DNA of 64,000 nucleotides. Origin: Takakia lepidozioides (taxonomy: Eukaryota > Plantae > Bryophyta). Shown here one piece after another: positions 51,621 to 64,000 of the stretch. The notes beneath the pieces are model-generated. The model did no database searches and was not told where the DNA came from. It worked only from the letters and a program-made list of their open reading frames with translations. The translations under genes were made by a program, and so were the position numbers. Numbering within the stretch: position 1 is the first letter of the stretch; the number at the start of each line of letters is the position of its first letter. The stretch lies in the NCBI GenBank assembly GCA_030704615.1, contig CM060732.1, forward strand, positions 27,838,001-27,902,000, written 5' to 3'.

Positions 51621-53199
51621 ACAGGTTGTGCAGGACGCCACGGAGCATCAGCCCTCCCCAACTCGCAAGGACAGGAGAACTCCAAAAACTAAAGAACAGC
51701 CTTACGAGGCCAGAGAGCACCCTTCTCGGGTTTTGGGTCAGTATGAAAGTGAGGTGATTAACGAGAGCTTCTTGGTAATGATGGAATCCAGAAAATCCAC
51801 ATTCAAAGGAGAGAGATCAAAGACTTGGGACATCCTGGTTTCTTTCCTCACAAAGGTACCCACACAAAACTTTGTCTGGTGTGTTTTTTACTTTGTTCAA
51901 GATTGTGATGTGCTCCTAACAAGTCCACTGTTTTTGTTGTGTGGAACAGGTCACCAAAAGACCTGAATGGGTGAATGGAAGCCAGCAAGCGTACGCAACA
52001 GACCTAGTGGTGCTAGACATTCCAGATGGTCTGCCTGTGCCAGATGTCCTCCCATCAAACACAATGCCATCGTGGAACAAGTCTGATGCCCTCTTCTGGC
52101 AGTGGGTTTTTTCCTTCAGCAACAAATTTTTGTCTGATGCAGGAGCACTTCTTCTTTTGCACTCCAAAGACATGTTGGCGCGCATAACCCTTTTCAGTTA
52201 TATGAAGACTTCCGGATTTAAGGTCATCAAAAACATGGACGTGTATCAACACTCTTCCACTTTCCAAGGGAGAGTTCCTAGGACAGAGGGTGAGTTCAGG
52301 ATGGTGAACTGTCTCTTCTTATAATTTCATTCTGTTCAGTTCATTATGCATGTTCGAGAACTGAGTGTTTTGGGGGGGCAATGCAGACTCGGGTGTTCGA
52401 GGCTCTATGCTTGGTGAGGATGCGAAAGGACACCCTCCCTCCCGGTATTGCAGAGTTCCAGTTGAGAGACCTTGCAGTACACATCAACCCCAGCTGCGAG
52501 CCTGTGGGGGACGATGTCCTGTACAATTACGTGGACTCCGGGCGGACTATCAAAAGAACGAATGGTGTCCCTTGGAGAGTGCTCGGGAGAAATCTCCAGC
52601 ATTCATGCAGACTCTGGTGGAGACTTGCAGGCGGCATGGGGGGCGGATGGTGGACTTGTCTTTGGGAACAAGTTTGCCCTGCCAAGTCTCCTGCTCTGCC
52701 ATGTCTATGATCTTGAATTTTGTAATGATTGTTGGTTTTTTAACCATTCATTCTGTGCATTTGCATGTGCAACATTCCATGCCTGTAAGAGCGCCGGTAG
52801 ACACTTCTTCGGCATGGAGGGGGATGCGGAGCTGTTTTTATGCGAGATTAAACAACTCACCTCCGGCTCGGCATCGGCCCCACACAAGGAAACAGTTTTC
52901 GACGAACGGGAACTTCTAGATGAAGACCTCGACGTGAACTCCGACTCGGAGTGTACGTAAGTCCGGTTTGTTTTGGATGACATGTCGGATTTTTTAAATT
53001 TTCAGACCTTCATTTTGTGTTCATTTTTGTCATAACCACGGTTCTGACTTTCTGCTTGCTGGGCTTGCAACTTTGGGAATCTTTGCAGGACACCAGAAAC
53101 AAGGAGAAGCATCCTTTTCTATGCCAACCCGAAATTTTTTCCGAGCCCAATTGCCCCCTGCAGTTGCCATGCTATGCAAAGGCTGCCGCTAAGGAGTGA
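51621..53199 (+). pseudogene. MULE-1 cargo gene, 3' part: beta-class amino (N6-adenine/N4-cytosine) DNA methyltransferase-like domain
   Basis: Exons bounded mostly by AG/GT (51621-51855, 51950-~52288, 52387 onward). Motif order is DLVVLDIPD (IV-like), W...KFLSDAGALLLLH...GFKV (V-VII), WR.AREKSPAFMQTLVE (X), GG..VDLSLGT..TFHACKSAGRHFFGMEGD (I-II). Catalytic part before SAM-binding part defines the beta class. Confidence 0.7.
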
Positions 53200-56100
53200 A
53201 TAAGGAGTTTATTCACTGTGATTCTCCCCCTCCAATTTGCTTTGATTGTGTATAAATTGTGGACAACAAGGCTGGGATTCTACAATCTCTGTGGGTCCAC
53301 AATACTTTCAGTCTTTACACATACCTACATATATTGTTCATGCATCCAAAACATAAATCCATCCATCAACTGTCCAAAATTCTACCATTCCAAATTTGTC
53401 ACTCCGTCATTCATCCAATGCCAACATATATCATCCATCATTCACCCCACACTCAGCCATCATGCATGTAACATCCATCCACCATCCATCCAATATTTTT
53501 CATCCATCCATCATTCATCCAACTGCACATCCAAGTGCGCATTACATTTTCACTCGTTCCCACGGGAATAGGTCCCCTAGTTATCAACGTCCGCGGATGT
53601 GGGCCCCAACAACCTCTGGCGTGAGCATCTTTCCGCTCAGAGATCGACATCTTCTCGCTCACGCATCTTCCCGCTCATGTGAGCTGCTTGCGGAGCATCC
53701 CCCAATATGAGCTTCCAAAACAAGTCTTTCATACTCAGATTCAGTGAAGTGCTCCATACACTCTGTCCTCCCCTACTTCATCTGGCATTTTATTATCCTC
53801 TCCTTGTTGTTGATCCCTCCGAACACCTGCACCCCTCCATTGAGTTAGGGCTGGACCACATGATAATGCTGCAACATGATCTACAGACTTTTGCAACTCA
53901 TTATTTAAACCCAAATTTGGCACACGAAACTTTGGTGGAGAACTCACCCCTTTCACCCATCCAATGGCCGCCTTCTCCAAGACCGCCTGTGCATTTTCAC
54001 TGCTGATTACACCCCAGGTGCCACCAGGTTTAGAGAATCACACAAAGTGTTCTTGTGTATACAATGTGACATATTAACTGCGACACAGGTGTGGCCTTGC
54101 CTACTTCAAGTGCTAACAAACAAGCAATAATTCAGCTAAGATTACCTTACATGTCATGCTTACAAGAGGAGGAAAATATGAGATTATGAATGGAAAAGTA
54201 GATAATTATTTAGTGACAGGGAGACATACAAAGAAGCATTTGACAACACTTCCATATGTTCTCCATGTTCCACATCTAATCAATTGAAATCACTTCATGA
54301 ACGGCATGACCTAATTTAGAGCCAACCTGGCCAAAAGTCCAGGAAGCTATATGAATACAACGTGTATCTTATGCCCCCAAGCTCTCATGAGTGATGGAAG
54401 GCTGGCGGAGGTTTCTCGTCTGGAATAAAGGACACCTGCAGCTCTTCCTCCCCATGTCACTCATCCATATCTCTCTCTCCAGGTCCATAACATGACAACT
54501 ACAACAAGCACCTTTCTACAAGAAGGACCTTTGCTTCATGCTACCAACTTGAACATGCAAGAATTAAAATGTATCAAAAGAACCAGAAACAAGAGATCAG
54601 AGACTGATGAAGGACTCGGGCTTTTCTTGGTCGACATTGAATTGTTGTTATCTGTAGACATGAGCCCATAAGACAACAACTCTCTCACAATAGCTGAAAC
54701 CTGAAACCTATAAGCTATAATTTAAGCTATAAATTACAAGAATTACACTATAGCTGAAACCTTTCAACGGCCAACAGATCTGAAGAAGCACTCCCATCCA
54801 TAACAAGAACTATGCTGCATTTGGGAAATTGAGAAGTAAAGAGAGAAGAGCCTACATTGAGTGGCTTCTTGGCAAGATGCTACTGACTCTAATTCAGCAA
54901 TAGAAGTGCAAGTTCTGGACTATGAAAGATATAGCCATGCCAACCTGAGATGGCTGCATCAGTCCTTCCACGGTCCAAGAGAGAAGAAGAAGGCTTTCTA
55001 AAAGAAGGCTTTCTAGAATCCTCCTCCACACACACACCTAGAGAGAGAGAGACACAAAGAAAGAGCTCTACAACCTCCATAGGAGGCTCAAAAGACTTAA
55101 CGGGACAAAGACAACTGGAGATAGAACGAACAGAACAGTGGGGCTTGTCAAAAATTGAGAATATTATGAGACACACCTCAAAGAATGAAAGTCTAAGTTG
55201 TGAAGCCTGGCGAATGACCACACTCAGCACCTCCAGCCTGCAGCGTTGAAGAAGTTTTAGAAACTCACTCCAAAGAGCAACCTCCATTGTGAATGTACAT
55301 ATTTAACTAAAATTTTGTCCTAAAAATTGCATGCCCTGGATCCTATGAATACTATACATTCAAAAAGAACTTGGAAAGTTGCAGGGCAAGGAGAGCGAGA
55401 AAGAGGCAACGCACCTGTCAGGTGATGCAAAGCGAGCAGCGAACGGCCCCTCCTTTGCACGCTCTCCATACAGTGAGGTGCCCCCTTCCTAAAACAAACA
55501 TTCCACATCGCTGATTAAGTAGTTGTTCCAAAACCACTACTCAGAACATTGCAGCTGATACAATAAACCTAAATCTCAAACTTCCATGTCAATCTCAATT
55601 TCCCTTGGTTATTTCCTGTTCTTTTTTTCACCTACATTCAGTAATGAACTTAGCCACCTTAATGGCTGACCAAAAGGAAACATGTAGCTGGCAAAGGAAT
55701 ATCGTGGCACAGAACAAGGGAGAGGTGAGCGATGTGAACTGTGATAGATGGCTGGCCATATGTTTGCTGGTCGCAGCTCGTTGCGAGTTGGCTGGTCACA
55801 TGCCAAATTTCATCGCCCCTCCAGATTTTGCAGCTCCTTGTACACACGCTACCATCGTTAGGCTCTCCCTGCCTTAATCTCACTCTCATTCTCACTCTCG
55901 GCAGCTGGAATGCAGGACGTCTCCCTCGCGATGGCTGCCCAGAGCGCCACATTCCTCTCTCTTTCTTGCGGGCCCTTCCAGGATGTTTAACATGCATGTG
56001 TCACCTTCCTATGCGCCATGTACCATGCATGCATGTCGCTTCACCTGCTCTCATGGGATGGAGTGGCTCCCGTCACATCTAGTTTAATGTTCTGTGCGGT

Positions 56101-56919
56101 ACAAACATTTTGCAGGACATCAAATCCTTGCCCTGCTGCTTAGAGCTCTCCATCGCTGTTAACCGCGCAAAGACGGTCGACGGAAACAATCCTTACCTCT
56201 CCGGGGTAATGGCCCTGACAGCAGGCAAGCCATGGCAGCGAGCAGAGCTCGTAGGTACATAGAACGTCATGCGTCTATTGCCCTTATGAGTACACAGATA
56301 TCAACAAAGTGATGATCTGGACTTTGGATGGATGAGTTTGGGTACAACATTGGCACATTCTACTGTTCTGGTTTCAAATGTTCAGACATTCCACTGTCCA
56401 AATACACACTTTGACAAGCTAATTTCACATTCTGCATCAGAGTAGTCTTTGTCACAACTTTGGATGGACGACGTTAAAATCCTCACCGGGAAAACCAGAA
56501 TTTGGATGGACGGGTGAATGATAGTTCAGTGGTTGGTCAGTTTTTTTTTTTGTTTTTTGTTTTTGTTGGGTCCTAAGTTGTTTTTAATTTGCTTATGTTT
56601 ATACATCCATCCAAACTCCTTAAAAGCTGCACTGCTGCAGTAAAGCGACATAAAGGTAAGACTGACAAAGAGGTACGCTCACAACTTTTATACTTTATAA
56701 CTCTCGCATACGGTACACGGTATGGTCGGGCAGTCAAGTACGGTTTAGGCTCCGTCGTCTGGATGAGACGTCGCCGTCCACTCCAACGGGTACGTTGCGT
56801 TGGGTTCCGTCCGTGAGAACTGTGGCGGTTTCGCCCCCCATTTTTAATAATTTACGTACCTGACCGCCATCAACCCTCTGCAAGCGACTGCAAACTATTC
56901 GCACTTTTTCGCACCAACA

Positions 56920-57160
56920 ACTTTCTTTTTTTTCATTTAAAGGAAAGGGAAACACCTGGGAGCGACAGCTCACAAATCAGGGCCCTCAATTATAGAAGAG
57001 AAATTAACCTCTTTCACAGTAACCCTGTCGTGAAGGCTTTCGCATGGGACACCGTCCCCAGGGAAGGGGGAGAAGAACGTACCACAGCCGTCCAGTTAGC
57101 AGGATTTGACCCCAGAATCATCTGCGTGGCACTATCCAACTGAGCTACCGACTGTTGGTG
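56920..57160 (-). mobile_element. Probable tRNA-derived SINE
   Basis: Minus strand: A-box GGTAGCTCAGTTGG and B-box-like GGGTCAAATCC about 30 bp later, then an unrelated body and an A-rich tail. No full cloverleaf. Confidence 0.55.
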
Positions 57161-60100
57161 CACTCACTAAGTAGCCATCATAGCCAAATTTATAAACAAA
57201 TCAATTTAAGAAAAGATAAAATGTAAGTGACAAAACTGGCATGGCTTCCTTGGAATAGAAATTGTGATAAAGTACTTAGAGAGGTTGAGGTAGCATCACC
57301 TCACACTGTTTCTCAACAAGTTGTAATGGGGATTATAGTGGAGTCTGCACGCTGCACTGACAATCAGTTCTACGAGGGCACACCCAACTTGGGCTGTATA
57401 TGTGTTGTCGTCAAGACCTGATTCCATCAATCCTCATCCTTGCATATTCACAACATTGACGTGTTGATCCAGATCTTATGAAGCCTGCTAAATGCAAAAA
57501 CTGACCCTGTCGACCAGAAAAATAGGGATAAAAGGAGAGTTCGAAAAACAGTGTTGGCAGGGAGTTCATATGCATCAGCTCTACGCCAAACTCCTGCTGC
57601 TGGCCAAGAAATGGCAGGGATCAAACAGTGGGCAACCATCCGCAGGCTCCCCTGAATTCGAGCGGGAGAGTGATTGGCCGTCTCATCAAGGCATCCAGTA
57701 CGTCTCAAATACGACATTCCAATTTTCATCGTTGAAGCTCACTGCTCTCATGTTGAGCCGTCTTCATGGGACACCTTGGAGACTCTAGGGAGATCTCACA
57801 GTTTGGGTCGTTAGAGGGTTCTGACTTGTGACTTGTGACACTTGTTGGCTGGCCTCTCCCTTGTTTTGGTTTCCTTCTGGAAGGCCTTTGGCATTTTTGT
57901 TTTCAGCTGCGCTTCCCGCGCGCTTTGCTGCTTTGCCCCTCTGCTTCACCCGAGTGACTCGTTTATTTTTCCCTCTCATAATCCCACATAAATCTAATTG
58001 GGCTTCCTCCCGAAAAAGAAAATATTTTTTTGGGGTTGATTTTATTTCTTAGCTGGGTTAGGCAAACCCTGCGACCCAAAAAGTGGATGAAAGTTCCTTT
58101 TCTTTGCTTTCCTACAATTCTAAGCGGTCCAAGTTTAGAGCCCCGTGAGCAGGAGGGCAACACGTGGCGCATGGATGGCATGCACCAGTTTTAAGTTGGA
58201 GATTATCTGTATTTTCTGCCATTTTCTATCATTGTCTCATCACCACGTGCGTCACCAACACTCGATGCACCACCAATCTTCCTCTTTTGGACGGTTGAGA
58301 TCTTGTTTCCTTCTCCACAGTGCATGTCTTCGTGGATGAACATAGCACCTTCACCAAAAGCTGGAGATGGCTTAATGGATGATAAAAATGTCTGCATGGA
58401 TGGGCCAGCATCTGCAGAGAAAGTACGAAACATCTGACAGTGCCTTATATGGCGCAGGATCTGAGGTGATCTGACGGTGCTTCTTCACACACGTTTAAGA
58501 GATCTAGGATTATTCGCCATTTATGCCGGACAATTACCGGCTGGAGTGTGCTCCCACCGCCGGTCCGATAGCTGGCAGTTTGTAATTTCCCTTAATTTAT
58601 AAATAATACATTTTGTTTAAATATTTATTTAAATGGGACTTTAGTTTTCCGATCACAATGAACGGACATTGAACGCCTCAGAAATGTGCTACAAAAATGG
58701 TGGGGTGGTGGTATGCGTATGTGGAAACGTATTGGTGGAGGTATACAAGTGGTGGGTCGTCAAATACGAGCCCCACAGGTGAGCATTGAAGGCAAGGCTG
58801 CTGCCCGTCTCGCCATCCGTCAGGCCGCCATCACTGCCTCTGTCGCGCAGCTATGGCAGCCTACCTACCTTCTCTCTTCTCGCACTTGGGTCTCTCAAGT
58901 TTGAAAACAGAAACTGCCATCGCACACCCATCTCAGTATTCCATCAACGTGCAAATGAGAGCTGGGAGATTCACAGATCACGGAATGGCATTTACGGCGG
59001 ACAGCCAGGGATTTTAGTCGCATTTATTCTGTTGCGGATAGCCATCGACTCCTTTTCTTTTTTTTTCTTTTTTTTGCTCCTGTTCTAACATCAATCGGTA
59101 ACGTCCGTCACCTCCTTGCTGCAGACACCTGAACACATAAAGTTATTAAATAAATTTAGGCGGAAAATATGCATGCTACTAAATACAAGTTCCATGAAAG
59201 TCTCAGATACTTATAGACTCCGGAAATAAGTTACAACCATTGGAAGTTTTTAGGTTTCATGTTGATCCCATCAACATGTTTCTGAATGCGTTACGTAGTC
59301 AAAGCAGAGAGTGGAGTATTGAGAAGACGGAGAATGATAGTCCTGCATTGTCAGTTCATGCATTAAAGGCTTACACTGGCATACCCGAAGACAGAATACA
59401 ACAATTCAAAGCTTCCATCAATGCAGTAGGCCCCAATTGGTATCTGACATTTCAAAGGCCAAACGCGACATTTTAATCACGAGTACACCTAACAGAAAGG
59501 GAGTCTCTACAACAAACTCACCACCGGGAGCTTCAGGACGAAAAGCTGGTCTGCATGCAATTCGAATTAGCAAAGGATGGATTTCCTGACGTTATAAACC
59601 CATCATGGAATTTAGATTAAAAATTAAAAATAACAACTTTTCATAGATTCTAACAAATTCTGTTTGCTATGTTCAATGGAACTGGCTAAGTAGTTGTGCC
59701 AAGACATGCACAAGAATCAAATGCGCAGATGTATACATTGACGAGAAATCCATATGGGTTTTGAATGATATTAATAATTTTACAAGCCACATGTCTGATT
59801 CCCGGTAGTGTGAATTGCCCCAGAGATGTACACCTGGGTCTCAATGAAGAGGCAGCGCCTTTCGGCGGCCCCTCGGTTTGTCTCCTCCAGACGATGAACT
59901 TTGAAGAGTCTCTGGACAGAAGGCGAAGGCATTAACCACCCCGCTAAGTGCGCGCTCGGTCAGTGGCCAACCGTCACCCCTGAATCACCCACTTGTTTGC
60001 TTCCATAAGGCCACTAGATAACTTATCCTACTGGTCAAGCTGAGAGGGACTTTCCCCCTTTCTAAAAGAACCCGAATCTAATTAAAAAATGAAGACTTTG

Positions 60101-60466
60101 ATGCCATCATGTCATGTGTAATTGTGTTATCAAATACGAGGTGGGAAGGGGCTCTAAAGCAGCACCCCGAAGACGGTGTCGTAATTTGGCGATCCAACAA
60201 GTTGAGCTACACCCATGTAGCTTCCACGGGCCAATACTAGTTCCCCTCACAAAGACCGCGCAGCAATGGATAGGAGGATCTTCACCGAAGACAACATTGG
60301 AGCCGTGGACCGGAGCTTTTCCCCAAGCTCGGCAGCGAGATTCGGAAAAACTGCGGTCCACCAACTCCTCTCCCCAACCCCTTTCTTTCCCACTTTGCAT
60401 ACTCTTATTTCTTGTCAGCGTCATATGCTGGCATGAGTCGGCCCTTTCGCATGCAGTAGACATAAG

Positions 60467-62231
60467 CTAGCAGCCGAGCATTCGAGTCTTTTGCTTCGAG
60501 TTGTCAGGAACTATACCGTCGTTGCCAGCCAGTACCCTATATTTATCCTTCCGTGTAAGATTGGTGCACTGAAATCCTAGAGAGTTGGCAAGCACCCGCT
60601 GGATGTAGTTTGCCACCTCGTGGCTCGTCTTACCACCCGTGCACGTGAGCTCTATGGGCAACTGATCTAAGAATGTCACCTCGTACTTCGGGCTTGGGTT
60701 CATAAAGAAAAAAAACGGGTCCATGCCTTTCCAGCCTCGTGCAGTGGTTCCATGGAACATAGTAATTTTAATGTTCATAGTCACGGGGACAATTTGATCT
60801 GCAAGCTCAGCAAATAGTGAGCTGAATCTGAGAAGGAATGGCTCCCGACATGTGGTGCCTTCAGGGCAGACCACTAGGTCCCCTTCTCCCAGCAGAGTTG
60901 CCATAGTGTTTGCATCAGTGGTTCTGCACCGAGTGAGCCGCACTGTGCGTATGGGAGAGAGAATCTCAGACAGACGGCTAATGCTGTAGGTGACAGCCGT
61001 GACTTTCCTTCGAACAGCAATTGACAAGAAAATGGGATCCAGAAGAGTGCGATGGGAGCAGACGAAGAGCACTCCATGCTTCCCGTTGGCCACTGGACAC
61101 GACGGCGGAATCCCTCTCACGCGCACACCAACACCCAGAATTGCTTCGATCGGTAAAGCCCACCACATTGGCAGAATGATGCCAATTGACATACGGATAA
61201 TGGCCAGAATCAGACCGATGGGGACCCACAGAATTATTACCAGTGCCATAAGAGGGGTTGGACGACACACCAGACGTCCATCGTGGAAGATTAAAGGCTT
61301 CAGATATTCGTGCTTAGGAACTGCCTCCACTGGCTTATTGCCTGGCACAAGATAGGCCTCCTGCACACCAAATTTATCATACACATAAGACGAGCAAGCA
61401 TTTGCATTGTGGACGAAGAAGCGAAATACAGCAACCTGCTTCGCTCAAGGATGCGAAACTCTTGGGAGAGGGGTCCATTACACGAGGCATATTTCTCTTC
61501 CACGTTGTGGCAGCGTTAGTTTGTCGGGCTTCATCTACGTACTACGTTCGAGCAGGAAGACAAACACCTAAAAGGAGCAGGAGTCTTACTTTGCAGAGGC
61601 CCATGTATTGGTAATCTGTCAGTCGGTCCCCAAGCCCTACGTCAGGAGCTTTCTCTCCGAATTGATCTCTGACAGCCTTCTCTTTATTTATCCCCACTAG
61701 CACACCAGGACTCTTCACAAAACCAGTGGCGTACCCGCCGCTGGTCACCTGTATCTCCGTCCCCAACACAGCTCGTACACCCAAGTAGTCCTTCAGAAAC
61801 GGCTCCACCATTATCCGAGGATTGGCCGTCACAATGTAACGTTTCCCGCACGAGACGAAAATTTTGTAGCTAGTGGAGTGCATGTCCTCCAGGTAGAATT
61901 TAGGCAGCACTCCTCTCGCAACTGACTCGATAACTGACACCTTGAGACCCGCGAAAGAAAAGAAGACTAGGATTTTGATTCCTGCGGACTCGGAGATGAA
62001 GTGGTAGAAAATCCACGCAAGCGGTGAGACCAGGAGAAGGATGATTGCTCTCAAAGGACTACCAGCTTCGAAAGCTACCAGCATGAAGTAGGGGAATGAG
62101 CTACGCGATCTAAGCAGAGTTCCATCCAAATCAGATACTATAGTCTGCTGTTCGCGATTCTCGGCCCTGCAGTTGTCCACCACATCAAAAGGCTCATTAC
62201 TATGCAAACCTGCCATCGCAGCCTTCCCCAT
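60467..62231 (-). CDS. GPAT6: sn-2 glycerol-3-phosphate acyltransferase (GPAT4/6/8 clade, GPAT6-like), exons 62231-61590 and 61360-60467, about 511 aa
   Basis: HAD-like motifs SDLDGTLL and GLGDRLTD. Acyltransferase motifs SHRTLLDP and CPEGTT, plus FHDGRLV.RPTP and KY..LAGNDG. A GT-AG intron at 61589-61361 splices in frame (LCK/EAY). No disruptions. Confidence 0.95.
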
Positions 62232-64000
62232 TCTAGCCTTCCAAGCCTGAGACGCCCAGGCCTGAAGGTACTGCAGCAATACACTGACTGCCGAAAAGTC
62301 CTCCAGCGTGTCCAACTCTTCTCCCTCCTCCACAACGAGCTCTACAAGTCCCTGGCCGGCCTTGCCTTCACCTCCACCCTTGCTTCCTAAACAGAAGCGG
62401 CGCCCACGATCGCCCCTCCGCAGACTGCCAACAACTGTACCCCGTGGCTGCGCACTCCCACAAAAGACGTCGGACACTACGAGCACAGGCCTGCATCGTC
62501 CACCGCTGCTCCCCTTAACCGCGGTCACCCTAACCCGCCGACCACTCTCTCTCCCACCTCCCTCCTCCCTCCCTCATTATTTCCTATACGTATTTATTGC
62601 GCTGTATCCCTCCACTACCTGTACCAGTTAATACCCCGCTGAAATAATTTATTTTAATTTTAAAATAAAGTTATTATTCTGTACATGAATTAGAAACTGT
62701 GATAAAAAAAATATTAGCTGTGGCTAAATCACCCAGCTGTCCTCTGTTTTTTTTTTTTTTCTCCTTTCAATAAACGAAAAACATATCACTTCGATAAATG
62801 AAATAAAATAAAGAATATAAGTAAATAAGATTGGATGAACGACGAAATGGATGGAAGTAATGAGAAGAGAGGTGCATTAAAGGGAGCATTAAAAGCGCCA
62901 GCACAAGCCCAGCGGACGTGTCCCTCCGTCTTTATCATTCGCTCCCACCCCATCCGACGGCTCCCACCCGCCCACGGGGACAGTGGACGGGTAAGATCCA
63001 CCCATGTGCCAGATGAAGCGGCCCCCAATAAATGAGGCAGGGTCGTGGCGACATGGCCCTTATTTTAGCCCACCCCGCTCTTATTTATGACCGACCTAAT
63101 CACCCTTTCTCATCATCCCAAATTATTATTGCCTTTTCCATTTTCGAATTTCCAAGCAAAAAATAAACCCCCATATTTCACGGACGCTTATTTTAGGGCT
63201 ACATGATGGGCATGATCGCATGTTCGACGAGGGGGAATGGATGAATGAAACATCTATCCCCATCCTTGGGAGAGGGGATTGCGTCCATCACGCCATGCAA
63301 TATACGTACTACCGAGATTTGCAGGTGTATTATACACAAAATCTATAATGGTATAATACACAGGGTATATACCTCGGAAAGAGACAGCCGCACATTAGGT
63401 ATCCGCCGTAGCAGCATCCGGATAGCCTACCCTTCCCGAGCCTCGAGGTCCGGCCCGGACCGAAAATCCCGGGTCGCAACGCGACGGCGTCATTAATGAC
63501 GAGAGAGGGGGGCAGGCCAGGGAATCAAAGGGTAGGTGAGCCGGACCCGCGTTCGTCCCGCGTCAGTCGACCGACAGTCAACCGTCCGGCCGAATCGCGA
63601 CGTACGTCGACGAATACCACTATGCGGCGTCGATCTATGCTCGCGGTGCATCGTGGCCGGTGCCGTGGTCAGCGGCAACGAATCGTACGTGAAGGATGGA
63701 CGGTATGTATAGGTACCCCATACCTGCTACGTACGTACATGAAAATACCTACAAATACCTAGAAGACTCCTACGGGTCTTGTAGGTAGTATGATTACATC
63801 CTGAAGGCGCGATACATCCGGTAATCCCCGACGTTCATTCAGCGTTCATCCGGTTGCCGCGCGTTGGGCCCACGGCACATGGCGAGAACTGAGTAGCGCT
63901 TTAGCTTTAGTGAGGGCGGGCATTGATGCGGCGGAGAGCATGTCGCCTCGCCCGCCCACCTACCCCCCCCTCCTTCACGCCCTCCTTCATCTCTCTGCCT

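Larger units (their letters stand above)
30912..53703. mobile_element. Mutator-like element (MULE-1), 22.8 kb including about 13 kb of nested insertions; about 9.7 kb of its own sequence
   Basis: Direct repeat AATATGAGC at 30903-30911 and 53704-53712 (9-bp TSD). Ends are degenerate inverted repeats: GAGGGAAGCT..GCTCAC..AGCGG..GCGTGAGC vs reverse-complement GGGGGATGCT..GCTCAC..AGCGG..GCGTGAGC, then CCTAT..CCGTGGGAA and mirror GGATG/CATCC-rich tracts. Confidence 0.8.

Noticed and set aside
22416-53199. Bacterial or phage contamination as the source of the ParB and methyltransferase domains
   Set aside because: The ParB and amino-MTase exons have spliceosomal introns inside a TSD-bounded plant TE, and the C5-MTase is fused into retroelement pol.
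53741-55287. Possible degenerate Ulp1-like protease or other TE gene (minus strand GH...DSL...Q...CG)
   Set aside because: The motifs are too weak and broken to support without a profile search.
56320-56616. Possible MITE (TTTGGATGGATG...CATCCATCCAAA inverted match)
   Set aside because: Only a 12-bp low-complexity match with no TSD identified.
57090-57160. tRNA gene
   Set aside because: A and B boxes are present but there is no acceptor or anticodon stem. Treated as a SINE head.
61542-62528. 99-aa N-terminal extension of GPAT in the ORF track
   Set aside because: It starts at a non-ATG codon and reads like 5' UTR. The first ATG at 62231 gives a normal-length protein.
63240-64000. CpG-rich stretch with short ORFs upstream of GPAT
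   Set aside because: No recognisable domain or clear terminal repeats. Probably regulatory or intergenic DNA.

Overview
This is a land-plant nuclear window, probably from a seed-free lineage (inferred from the PLS-type PPR style and TE families). About 55 kb of nested, mostly decayed transposons lies between two host genes: the 3' end of an ING1-like PHD gene (1-2064) and an intact two-exon sn-2 GPAT (GPAT6-like, 60467-62231, minus strand). The TE block contains RTE/RTEX-like LINEs, a CACTA transposase remnant, a TIR/TSD-complete non-autonomous CACTA carrying PPR fragments, a hAT remnant, two Mutator-like transposases and two Ty3/Gypsy remnants. Two TE-borne DNA-modification systems stand out. 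(1) A Mutator-like element (30912-53703) bounded by a 9-bp TSD and degenerate TIRs. Divergent from its transposase it carries an intron-containing gene with a ParB/Srx-like domain (DGNHR) and, beyond about 13 kb of nested insertions, a prokaryotic-style beta-class amino (N6A/N4C) DNA methyltransferase-like domain. Non-coding segments of this gene hold 11 copies of a 22-bp palindrome (AACCTTGCGT-CA/TG-ACGCAAGGTT), resembling a parS-like binding array. (2) A Ty3/Gypsy element with a DNMT3-like C5 cytosine methyltransferase between protease and RT and a PHD finger at the integrase C-terminus. The copies here carry stops and frameshifts. Domain calls come from motif recognition by eye, not database searches.
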